From a virus (lineage: Duplodnaviria; Caudoviricetes): a stretch of 25,150 nt of DNA. Location of the stretch: positions 1 to 25,150 of IMG/VR virus record IMGVR_UViG_3300005805_000452; one strand, given 5' to 3'. The position numbers and the translations under genes were made by a program. This document shows, in pieces, positions 7,330 through 14,912 of the stretch. The notes below the pieces were generated by a model, which saw only the letters and a program-made list of their open reading frames with translations, did no database searches and was not told where the DNA came from. The stretch's first letter is position 1; each line of letters opens with the position of its first letter.

Positions 7330-7337
7330 GTTTCGAT

Positions 7338-7504
7338 TTGACAGGTGTCGCCATATTCTGATAGTGTTCGTTTTGTCGGCCTTCTTTGGCTGGCTGGTGT
7401 TCCGATTTGACGGGCATCACTATCTTGTGATAGGATTCGTTTCTGCTGGTAAACCGGCAGGTCGGCTCTCCGATTTGACGACTCTCACAGGCTTGTGATA
7501 GGAT
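7338..7504 (+). promoter_or_regulatory. Three tandem SigA-type promoters
   Basis: CGAT-TTGACA(7338)-18-TAGTGT; CGAT-TTGACG(7407)-18-TAGGAT; CGAT-TTGACG(7475)-18-TAGGAT; each with TGA before the -10 and TCGTTT after. Confidence 0.8.
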
Positions 7505-7552
7505 TCGTTTATCGGTTCGCCGATTAGACCTAAACATAGAAAGGAACATTCC

Positions 7553-7948
7553 ATGACCATTGTTAATGGTGCTTTGACCATTGATTCTGCTGTCTCTCAG
7601 TTGGAGACGAACCGGCGTGCTCAGGCCATCTTGAAGGATGAGCGTGAGCAGTTGGAGCAGGCCATCATCGGTTTGCTCGATGACTTGGGGACTGATTCGT
7701 ATGACAGTCCTACTGGTGTTCGGGTTCGTGTTGAGAATCGTCCGCGTCGCAAGTTCGATGTTTCGATTCTTTCCAGCCTGCTGAGTCCGACTCTTGTTGC
7801 GTCGCTCATCCGTCAGGATGTGGACACTGCTGCTTTTGATGCTGCCGTCACTTCGGGTCTTGTGCCTGTTGAGGTTGCTGAGAAGGCTACGAAGGTGTCG
7901 TACTCTCAGCAGGTTCGGCTCTATGGGGCGCGAGGTCTCGCGTCCTGA
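7553..7948 (+). CDS. Hypothetical protein with N-terminal coiled coil
   Basis: RBS AGAAAGGAA; heptad N-terminus; loosely Gam/gp157-like architecture (unverified). Confidence 0.75.
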   Translation: MTIVNGALTIDSAVSQLETNRRAQAILKDEREQLEQAIIGLLDDLGTDSYDSPTGVRVRVENRPRRKFDVSILSSLLSPTLVASLIRQDVDTAAFDAAVTSGLVPVEVAEKATKVSYSQQVRLYGARGLAS

Positions 7949-8032
7949 AAGTTTGTGGATGCTTCGGTGTCCACATCAGTCCATGTTTGGTCACATGGAT
8001 TCCCTTTCCGCTCGTGTCTGCCCTTGTTCGAT

Positions 8033-8062
8033 TTGACAGGGGCAGACAGGGTGGGATAAAAT
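8033..8062 (+). promoter_or_regulatory. SigA-type promoter overlapping an inverted repeat
   Basis: CGAT-TTGACA-18-TAAAAT; TGTCTGCCCTTGT...ACAGGGGCAGACA brackets the -35. Confidence 0.7.
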
Positions 8063-8117
8063 CACCTTGATGGTTGACCAGCCATCAACTAAACCACAGC
8101 AAAGGAGCAATACCATA

Positions 8118-8852
8118 ATGACCACAGAAACTTCAACCAACCTCGCCTTGCCTGAGTGCTGGCGAGACTTCCAGGATGCGATGGCCTCTGGCATCGATCG
8201 CATCATCTTGTACGGGCCGTCTGGCTCTGGCAAGTCCTACGGTGGCCTCACCATGGGCGATGTCACTGCCGGTTCGTTCCGACTTACCTGCACTGAGGAC
8301 ATGACCAGCGCAGACATCACCGGCCACTTCATCGTGAACGGCAATGTTTGGGAATGGAACGATGGTTCCGTTCTCCGCGCCTGGAAGGGAACTGGCTCTC
8401 ACGGCGGTCGGCTCGTCGCTGACGAAATCGACAAGGCTTCGGGCGATGTGTTGTCGCAGTTGTTGAACATGTTCGACACTCCCGAATCCGCATCGTGGAC
8501 TCATCCTTCGACGAAGCAGACCTTCCGTCCGAACGAGGGTTTTAGTGTCGTGATGACCACGAACATCGAGGACATGCGGGAACTGCCAACTGCCCTCAAG
8601 GACCGTTTCCCGGTCGCCATCCGTATCAACCGTCCCCATCCGAACGCTCTGCTTCGGCTGTCTCCCGACCTGCGTGACGCGGCTTCTGCCAGCATCGACG
8701 CTGACGGCGACCGTCGATTCAGTCTGCGGGCCTTCATGGCGTTCGACAAACTGCGTCCCCAGTTGGGGATGGAGCGAGCCGCGACGATGGTGTTCGGCAA
8801 GAAGTCGGGCGACATCATGGACGCCTTGAAGGTGAACGAGGTGTCGGCATGA
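8118..8852 (+). CDS. MoxR/CbbQ-type AAA+ ATPase (AAA_5-like)
   Basis: Walker A GPSGSGKS, Walker B LVADEID, sensor TTN, arginine finger ALKDRF, S.R motif; RBS AAAGGAG. Confidence 0.9.
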   Translation: MTTETSTNLALPECWRDFQDAMASGIDRIILYGPSGSGKSYGGLTMGDVTAGSFRLTCTEDMTSADITGHFIVNGNVWEWNDGSVLRAWKGTGSHGGRLVADEIDKASGDVLSQLLNMFDTPESASWTHPSTKQTFRPNEGFSVVMTTNIEDMRELPTALKDRFPVAIRINRPHPNALLRLSPDLRDAASASIDADGDRRFSLRAFMAFDKLRPQLGMERAATMVFGKKSGDIMDALKVNEVSA

Positions 8853-10366
8853 GCAACCTGACGATTCGTCCTGGCAAGGTCACCCCTACGGGGGTGGCCA
8901 TGCCGGAATGGCTGTCCAGGCAGGACATCGAGAACGGAGCGTGGAAGGTCGGCGAGGGTCAGGCTCTCCGCGGAGAAGCGTGGACAGATCGGCATCAGCG
9001 CATCATGCGTGTACCGTTCGGAGACGACGAGCAGGCTCGTCTGATTCGTGCGCACGAAATGATGCACGCCAAAGTCTCGCCTCCCTTGTTGGACTTCCTT
9101 GACAAGTTGGTTGCAAGCCCTGAGGCTGTCCGCGCTGCTGAGGAGTTTCGAGTCAATACCCTTGCGAAGGTCGCCGGTTTCAACATGGACGAACTTCGTG
9201 ACGGGTCTGAGTCGAACGCTGGGAAGCGTCTCGCAGAAGTCGGCGACTGGAACAACTTCGTGTTGTTCATCGCTGCTACTGCCGGAACCAAAGCATGCAA
9301 GGATGTCATCCGCGGTGCTCGCACGCAAAGCGTCGAGTTCGCTGAGGCTGGCAAGCGCATCGAGAAGGCCATCCTGGATCTCTGGAAAAAGGAGATCAAA
9401 TGGCATGGCCCTCTCCGCAACCCTGCTTCTGTCAAACTGGCTGCTCAACGTGTCGGCTCCACTAACCCAATGTGGCTCAACCCTTACGATGGGACTGCAT
9501 GCGTCAGAGGTGACATAACTGAGGAGGAGGCTCTGCGGTTCGTAAAGGAACGCGGGGTCGAGTCCATCATCCATACAACTCAAGGCTTCGGATTCACCAT
9601 CAAGGTCGCCAACCTGCTTGAGAACCTTCTCAAGCACGACGACTCTGCTGGCGATGGCCACGGCACCGAACCGACTCAGATGCCATCGGACGAGGAACTG
9701 GACGCGGCGTTGACCACGGGAACAACGTGGGCCAACCTGATCGTGGACAAGAACCTTCCGTTGACTCGCAATGTCGCCGGTCGTCTTGGCCGGAAGCGTG
9801 TCGCTACGAACATCGGTGTTAACCCGCGTCGAATCGACCGGATTCTCACCGACCCGGAAATGCGAATCTTCGACCGAACCATCAAAGGTTCGGGAGGTAT
9901 CGTGCTCGTCGATATGTCGGGTTCGATGCAGATCAGCGAATCACAACTGCGTGACCTCGTTGAAGCATCTCCGGGATGTGTCGTCATCGGCTACTCGCAC
10001 AAGCCCAGAAGTTCGGGAATCCCGAATGTCTGGATTCTTGCCAACCGTGGCAAGGTGTGTGCCAGCATCCCTCGCGGGAATGGTGGCAACGGTGTGGATG
10101 GTCCCGCACTGCAGTTCGCTCAGAAACTTCGCAAGAAGGGGGAAACCTTTATCTGGGTGTGCGATGGTGCGGTCACCGTATCCGACGACTCCATTGCGCC
10201 TCGCCCGTTGCTGAAATGGTGCATCGACTTCGTTCGACGCAACAACATTCACATGATCGAGGATGTCGATGGTGCCATCAACGCGCTTCGTCGCGTCAAG
10301 AACGGCGGTCGCCTCAACACGAGGCTCGTTGGCTTGCTCAACGAAGCAGCGTACGTTCCGTCCTGA
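8849..10366 (+). CDS. HEXXH metallopeptidase-like plus VWA domain protein
   Basis: HEMMH with downstream EEFRVN; MIDAS DMSGS and CDG; ATGA-coupled to the AAA gene. Confidence 0.85.
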   Translation: MSNLTIRPGKVTPTGVAMPEWLSRQDIENGAWKVGEGQALRGEAWTDRHQRIMRVPFGDDEQARLIRAHEMMHAKVSPPLLDFLDKLVASPEAVRAAEEFRVNTLAKVAGFNMDELRDGSESNAGKRLAEVGDWNNFVLFIAATAGTKACKDVIRGARTQSVEFAEAGKRIEKAILDLWKKEIKWHGPLRNPASVKLAAQRVGSTNPMWLNPYDGTACVRGDITEEEALRFVKERGVESIIHTTQGFGFTIKVANLLENLLKHDDSAGDGHGTEPTQMPSDEELDAALTTGTTWANLIVDKNLPLTRNVAGRLGRKRVATNIGVNPRRIDRILTDPEMRIFDRTIKGSGGIVLVDMSGSMQISESQLRDLVEASPGCVVIGYSHKPRSSGIPNVWILANRGKVCASIPRGNGGNGVDGPALQFAQKLRKKGETFIWVCDGAVTVSDDSIAPRPLLKWCIDFVRRNNIHMIEDVDGAINALRRVKNGGRLNTRLVGLLNEAAYVPS

Positions 10367-10378
10367 CAAATCAACAAC

Positions 10379-10404
10379 GGTGGGGGAGGGCAACCTCCCC
10401 CACC
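10379..10404 (+). terminator. GCAA-tetraloop hairpin after stop
   Basis: GGTGGGGGAGG-GCAA-CCTCCCCCACC perfect 11 bp. Confidence 0.65.
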
Positions 10405-10428
10405 ACTCTCAACAGAAAGGAACCAAAA

Positions 10429-10704
10429 ATGTCCCGCGGCAAACCGTACACAATGCATATTTCATTCTCGTCGTTCGACGCCATGTGGCGGTACTACGAG
10501 AACAACCTGGCAGACAGCAACATCGAACTCTTCGAGGGATGTTCCCTCGATCCAGAGTTCGCTGGTGTCGCCCCGAAGAACAGCATCGTCGTCCGACACA
10601 AGTCGGAGAGACGACTGCTTGGTGGACCGCTCAAGGCGAAGTTCGTCGGCGGTCGATTCGTCCGTGACCGCAAGGCGGAGGAACTGCATAGGGTGTCCGA
10701 ATGA
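10429..10704 (+). CDS. Hypothetical protein
   Basis: RBS AGAAAGGAA before ATG 10429 (MSRGKPY...). Confidence 0.7.
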   Translation: MSRGKPYTMHISFSSFDAMWRYYENNLADSNIELFEGCSLDPEFAGVAPKNSIVVRHKSERRLLGGPLKAKFVGGRFVRDRKAEELHRVSE

Positions 10705-10868
10705 TCGAGGTCGAAACACTCGACTCCGTTCAGTTGCTCATCATCAAGATCGACGACACATTGGCTGACATCGGAAGTGTTTCGATGGTTGAAGCCTCGA
10801 AGATGGTCGACGTTCTTCTCGACATGCGCCTGATGGTTTTGTCGATGCGCGAGTCTCGCCCTGAATAG
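10701..10868 (+). CDS. Small hypothetical protein (55 aa, absent from ORF track)
   Basis: ATGA overlap; MIEVETLDSVQLLIIKIDDTLADIGSVSMVEASKMVDVLLDMRLMVLSMRESRPE*. Confidence 0.65.
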   Translation: MIEVETLDSVQLLIIKIDDTLADIGSVSMVEASKMVDVLLDMRLMVLSMRESRPE

Positions 10869-10901
10869 GTTTCCACATTCGCTGTGGTAGGTGACGGGTT
10901 C

Positions 10902-10927
10902 AAGGGGCAGGCGGAAGCCTGCCCCTT
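10902..10927. terminator. Bidirectional terminator between convergent genes
   Basis: AAGGGGCAGGC-GGAA-GCCTGCCCCTT perfect 11 bp. Confidence 0.75.
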
Positions 10928-10935
10928 ACTCGTAG

Positions 10936-11205
10936 TTACGGACGCATCGACTGGTCGATGCCACGAAGGAATCGCCATGCGATACCAGCACTGACCATGA
11001 ACAGGGGTCGCGGGGAAACCTCCCACACCTCCGCGTTGTTCAACGCGAGAAGAAGCGCGTATGCGATGATGCCCTCGATCGCCCCAGCGATAGCGAAGCC
11101 CAGCATCGCGGTTCCCATGACCGCGGAACCGTTGCTGACTTCGAGAACGATTTCGTCGTCTCCGTCATCAGCGCGTCGACGCTTTGCTGATCTGATTTGC
11201 TTCAT
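10936..11205 (-). CDS. Small membrane protein
   Basis: Long hydrophobic segment plus a second shorter one; AAGGAG RBS; ATGA-coupled. Confidence 0.7.
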   Translation of the reverse strand: MKQIRSAKRRRADDGDDEIVLEVSNGSAVMGTAMLGFAIAGAIEGIIAYALLLALNNAEVWEVSPRPLFMVSAGIAWRFLRGIDQSMRP

Positions 11206-11543
11206 TGTTTCTCCTTCAATATTTGGTGGACTCGCTGACGCGATATTTTAGTGATGTCCGCTATTTGTTGTAGGCTGAGCCGTCGAGATCGAAGTTCGAC
11301 AACCTCCAAACGAAGGTAGGCTTTCCTTTTGCCACCTGGTTTGCGTGGCTCCCAGGACCACCCTGGGATCTGCTCAAGGATCTCGATCTGTTCGGAAGTT
11401 AGAAGCCCCGCTTTCTTGCGTCGTCGAATGTATCCGACCCAATGTCCGAGTTGCGCGTGCGCGTAGGGGACGTCGGCGTGTCCGTGTTTGGTGGCGTACT
11501 GCGCGAGTTGGTGGGTGCGCGTAGAGAATGTGTTGCGTGGCAT
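11202..11543 (-). CDS. Helicase-associated (HA) domain plus C-terminal HTH, putative DNA-binding regulator
   Basis: L..Y...HGH..VP....LG.WV...R...K.G.L..EQI..LE.IPGW.W (HA repeat) and LSLQQIADITKISRQRVHQIL; TACTAT -10 just upstream of ATG 11543 suggests a leaderless start (alternative 11564). Confidence 0.8.
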   Translation of the reverse strand: MPRNTFSTRTHQLAQYATKHGHADVPYAHAQLGHWVGYIRRRKKAGLLTSEQIEILEQIPGWSWEPRKPGGKRKAYLRLEVVELRSRRLSLQQIADITKISRQRVHQILKEKQ

Positions 11544-11582
11544 AGGTGGATAGTAGCAGTCCACGGTGGGAATATGTATGAT

Positions 11583-11611
11583 TTGACAGGGCTATTGGTG
11601 TGTGATAGTAT
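11583..11611 (+). promoter_or_regulatory. SigA-type promoter (module 3)
   Basis: GAT-TTGACA-17-TAGTAT; close copy of 3121-3152; preceded by ACGGTGGGAATATGT. Confidence 0.8.
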
Positions 11612-11654
11612 TCGTTCGTGGGGCTGCTGCCGTCCCCCCCTGGCGCACCCCACC

Positions 11655-11708
11655 GTCCCTCTGCCGGTTTTTCCTTCTTTCTACGGCAGAGGGACTTTTA
11701 CTTTTATT
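11655..11708 (+). terminator. Intrinsic terminator/attenuator in the leader
   Basis: GTCCCTCTGCCG-17 nt-CGGCAGAGGGAC then TTTTACTTTTATT. Confidence 0.7.
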
Positions 11709-11743
11709 CAGAAAGAAAATAGACATGGAAAGAAAGGAAAGCA

Positions 11744-11893
11744 ATGACAACCATCAAATGCGACTGCGGTTCCAGCGACCTGTTGGTAACCGACAAAGGG
11801 TTCCGTCGGGACACCGGCGAGCCGTGGACTGAATACGAATGTCAAGAATGCGGTTCGATGTTCTTTGTTGATGAAGGAGAGGAAAAGCAATGA
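11744..11893 (+). CDS. Small Zn-ribbon protein (49 aa, absent from ORF track)
   Basis: RBS AGAAAGGAAAG; MTTIKCDCGS...YECQECGSMF; ATGA-coupled to next gene. Confidence 0.75.
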   Translation: MTTIKCDCGSSDLLVTDKGFRRDTGEPWTEYECQECGSMFFVDEGEEKQ

Positions 11894-12084
11894 CAAAATA
11901 CAATCACGCCTACACACTGGGTTTTGCTGTTAGTGGTGCCATCTACAGCGACCCCACCGAGACACTTGAAAAAGAGGTGGACAAGGTGATCGAAGCATTG
12001 TTGCTCCGAGTCGCCGAACTCATCGCCAACAAGCAGGAATACATGGAAGCCCTTGAGGGCTTTGACACCTTTGAGGAGGACTGA
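11890..12084 (+). CDS. Hypothetical protein
   Basis: Coupled ORF, AAGGAG upstream. Confidence 0.75.
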   Translation: MTKYNHAYTLGFAVSGAIYSDPTETLEKEVDKVIEALLLRVAELIANKQEYMEALEGFDTFEED

Positions 12085-12419
12085 TGTACGAAAAACTGAC
12101 AACCGAAGAGATGACTGAGGTCGTCTCGAAGATCAACCACATCCATGATGCGTTCAGAATCATCCGCGCTCTCGAAGTCAAGTTCGAGTTCGTCAGCACT
12201 CTCGTCACCCGAGGAGATGTTGACGGGGAGTTCGCCGAGGCTTGGGAGTTCGATGGTCCTGGCCGTCGTGACATGACCGATGATGAATGGGAGAAGTTCA
12301 CCCAGGAATGGTTCTGGCGCAAGGGTCATTCCGAGGTCATGTGGGAGGGAGTCGTTGAAGCGATCCGTTGGGATTTGCGTGAGGCGAACCTTCTGCCAGC
12401 CACCGCAGTCGTCGAGTGA
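12084..12419 (+). CDS. Hypothetical protein
   Basis: GAGGAGG RBS, TGATG overlap. Confidence 0.75.
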   Translation: MYEKLTTEEMTEVVSKINHIHDAFRIIRALEVKFEFVSTLVTRGDVDGEFAEAWEFDGPGRRDMTDDEWEKFTQEWFWRKGHSEVMWEGVVEAIRWDLREANLLPATAVVE

Positions 12420-12420
12420 T

Positions 12421-12450
12421 TTGACAGCAACAGCAGGTAACTGCTAGAAT
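12421..12450 (+). promoter_or_regulatory. SigA-type promoter
   Basis: GAT-TTGACA-18-TAGAAT with TGn; followed at the TSS by a 13-bp hairpin (12457-12492). Confidence 0.8.
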
Positions 12451-12533
12451 CAGTTTCGTAGCCCTGGGGTTTCCACGTTCCCCAGGGCTACGCATTAAAC
12501 CTAAACCGTTTTTAGAAAGGAAACCACAGCAAA

Positions 12534-13052
12534 ATGAAAGACAATCTACCTACACTTATTTACGCCGTTAAAAAGATTGGCTACACAGCAACATCGTTGG
12601 TCGATCTCGACAACGACGAAGAAGTGACGTTGCAAAACATGGTTGAGATGGCGTTGGAATACGCCAGCGAAGACCTCAATGACTCCACCATCAGCCACTA
12701 CCTGATCGCCGAATACCATGACGAGTCAGGCAAGACAATCAAAACCGAAGAGTACGACTGGGAAGGAAAACTCATTGGAACAAAGGAGGATCACACTGTG
12801 ATCGACGATTCAAACCTCATCCAAAACGACGGTGAGTTCACCGTCTCTCTCGGACCGGACTATGTTGATCCGGACGCCTACGGCTCATACGTTTGTGCTG
12901 TAGCAAACGACTTCCGCACGATGCACGTCGTTGCGTTGAACGGCAAGGATGACCCGGTGTTCCAGGTCCTCGACGACCAGGGCGCGCCCATCCATCCGTT
13001 CTATCCGACTCTCAACCTGGCGATCATCGCCGCGAAGGGTTGGTTGTCGTGA
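12534..13052 (+). CDS. Acidic hypothetical protein
   Basis: RBS AGAAAGGAAA; 172 aa open frame. Confidence 0.7.
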   Translation: MKDNLPTLIYAVKKIGYTATSLVDLDNDEEVTLQNMVEMALEYASEDLNDSTISHYLIAEYHDESGKTIKTEEYDWEGKLIGTKEDHTVIDDSNLIQNDGEFTVSLGPDYVDPDAYGSYVCAVANDFRTMHVVALNGKDDPVFQVLDDQGAPIHPFYPTLNLAIIAAKGWLS

Positions 13053-13288
13053 AGTGGGCAGTGAAGGCAGCGCGGGCATACTCGATGTGCCCGCGCTGTC
13101 TTGGGGCCATCCCCAACGCAGCGCATCCGGGTGCATATCCGGGTGCGCTGAGCCGTACAGATAACAAGACAGAGATTTGCTCCGACTGTGGAGTGAAAGA
13201 AGCGATGGAGTTTTTTGCCGTCGGACAACCAGCACCCCAGGAGAAATGGGGTATTACAAAAAGGAATAGGAATCACCATGGGAATTGA
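13049..13288 (+). CDS. Small Zn-finger phage protein (CPRC...ALSR.DN.T.IC..CG..EA)
   Basis: Recognisable phage motif; GTGA overlap (alternative start ATG 13085). Confidence 0.75.
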   Translation: MKWAVKAARAYSMCPRCLGAIPNAAHPGAYPGALSRTDNKTEICSDCGVKEAMEFFAVGQPAPQEKWGITKRNRNHHGN

Positions 13289-13655
13289 GCACAGCAATAA
13301 CGACTATTCGGATGACCCGGATGTTTTGGCTGAGGTTGCCTCAGGCGAATTGACTGCTTTGATCATGTTCGTTGATAAGGAAATTATGAGCGATGATCCG
13401 GGGCCGATGATTCACCCGACGCTTGACGAGAAGCGCGTGATCGTGACTTTGAACAAGTCGATCTTCGATGAGCGCGTGAGCATCATGGCGGAGGCGTTCC
13501 GGGAGCGCGTGCCGGAAGATGTGATGGACTTCGAGGCTTTGACTCGACGGTGTACACATGAATTGGCGAGTTCGATGCTGGGGAAGACTCTTGAGGTGCT
13601 CGACGAGTACTATGCTGTGAACGGCATGAGTCACTTAGCAGAGAAAGACGAGTGA
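13278..13655 (+). CDS. Hypothetical protein
   Basis: AGGAA upstream of ATG 13278. Confidence 0.7.
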   Translation: MGIEHSNNDYSDDPDVLAEVASGELTALIMFVDKEIMSDDPGPMIHPTLDEKRVIVTLNKSIFDERVSIMAEAFRERVPEDVMDFEALTRRCTHELASSMLGKTLEVLDEYYAVNGMSHLAEKDE

Positions 13656-14144
13656 GTGGAGACAGCGAATCCGACGACGTGGAATGAGGCTGCAGAAATA
13701 TCTGCCTCCTACATTTATTCAATTGTTAGGGATAAGCCGAAGATCAATGTTGGGATGCTTCGTACCGCCCACAACAAATTCATTGATGAACATTTCAAAG
13801 ATCCGAATGGTCCAGTGATGATTGCGTTGTGGGCGAGTACCGGGGCTTCCGCCCTTGAACTCGCAACCAAAACGGATAACAGTATTTCAAAAACAATACT
13901 GGTCAAGACGCTTTGCAAAAAGCAACATGATTACGGTGTGCATAACATCCTTCGCTTCGGCCAACAAGGTTTACTTATTCGCGTGTGGGATAAAATTTCC
14001 CGACTCGAAAACCTCGAACGCAAAACGAAAAATCCACAAGTTGCCAACGAATCTCAAATTGATACAATGCTTGACATAGCGGGATACGCTACGATAGGTA
14101 TCATGCTTGAACGAGGCTGGTTCCGGCTCCCCCTCACAGGGTAG
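13656..14144 (+). CDS. Nucleotide modification-associated domain 1 (Nmad1/DUF1599) protein
   Basis: KQHDYG..NI...G..G...R..DK..RL.NL...NES..DT..D.AGYA. Confidence 0.85.
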   Translation: METANPTTWNEAAEISASYIYSIVRDKPKINVGMLRTAHNKFIDEHFKDPNGPVMIALWASTGASALELATKTDNSISKTILVKTLCKKQHDYGVHNILRFGQQGLLIRVWDKISRLENLERKTKNPQVANESQIDTMLDIAGYATIGIMLERGWFRLPLTG

Positions 14145-14164
14145 CGGCCTCCACATATACGGAA

Positions 14165-14380
14165 CATGCTGCTCGACGCGGCGACGGAAGGAATGGGTGG
14201 GACCGCCAGCATCCGTCAACAAACACTTCGTCGAGGACTGGTGCAACTCCAGCGCGGTCGCAAGGTTAGGGACCTTGCACCTTTTGCTCCGAACGAGTGC
14301 TTGCTCATTATACGGTAGTGAAAGAAAGCCCCCAACTACCTTCCTGGCCTCGTTGCCTGTGGGGGTAGGGGGGCCTTTTG
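14165..14380 (+). ncRNA. Candidate structured RNA ending in a terminator-like stem
   Basis: Nested stems CTCGACG/CGTCGAG and GACGGA/TCCGTC; T-loop-like CTGG-TGCAACT-CCAG; GCAAGGT/ACCTTGC; stem 14328-14374 then CTTTT. Confidence 0.4.
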
Positions 14381-14483
14381 TCCAAACTCGGCTGCTATTG
14401 CCGGTAGTAACCTGGCGGTGTAGTGCCCACGGTGAGCACAAGACGAAACCTGTAAGATGCTTGGCCTGAACCTGGAGGATAGG

Positions 14484-14912
14484 GTGAACGATGAAGAGCA
14501 ACTGGAATTGTTTGAGATTCCGAAAGTTGAAGTTGTTGGGGAACTTCCGAAGCGCGTGAATTCGCGTGAAGGTACGAAAGCGAAAGAGCGCGTACCTTTG
14601 GGGGATGTTCTAGAAGTTTTTAATGTGTGGGTGGATTTGTTTCATCCACGGGGTCGTAGTCATGTTCTTCTCACGGCGAAGAGGCATCAGCGGATCGCTT
14701 CTGCGATTGAGGTGTACGGTGTGCGTATGTGCACGCTTGCTGTTCAGGGTTGCGCGTTGTCTGATTGGCATATGGGTGCGAACCCTCAAGGCAAACAATA
14801 TACTGATTTGTCTTTGATTTTCAGGGATCACGATCGTGTCTCAAAGTTCATCAGCCTTGCGCTTTACAGCGGCAAGGGTGCGATGCAGGAGTTTTTGGAG
14901 GAGACGTCGTGA
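14484..14912 (+). CDS. Phage replication initiator C-terminal-like domain protein
   Basis: GGAGG before GTG 14484; VF..W...R...I...AVQGC..S.WH.G.N..GK.Y.DL.LIFRD motif; lies upstream of loader and primase-helicase. Confidence 0.65.
   Translation: MNDEEQLELFEIPKVEVVGELPKRVNSREGTKAKERVPLGDVLEVFNVWVDLFHPRGRSHVLLTAKRHQRIASAIEVYGVRMCTLAVQGCALSDWHMGANPQGKQYTDLSLIFRDHDRVSKFISLALYSGKGAMQEFLEETS

Noticed and set aside
8501-9661. 386-aa minus-strand ORF and other long antisense ORFs (1071..1790, 5530..6123, 8133..8639)
   Set aside because: Shadows of well-supported + strand genes in GC-rich DNA; no RBS or recognisable motifs
14071-14100. TTGACA inside the Nmad1 gene as promoter for the downstream RNA
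   Set aside because: The best -10-like hexamer (TACGAT) is only 13 bp away
14232-14265. Cobalamin riboswitch or tRNA (CTGGTGCAACTCCAG-CGCGGTCGC)
   Set aside because: Lacks the GGGAA and GCCACUG/B12-box elements; no cloverleaf with a 7-bp acceptor stem
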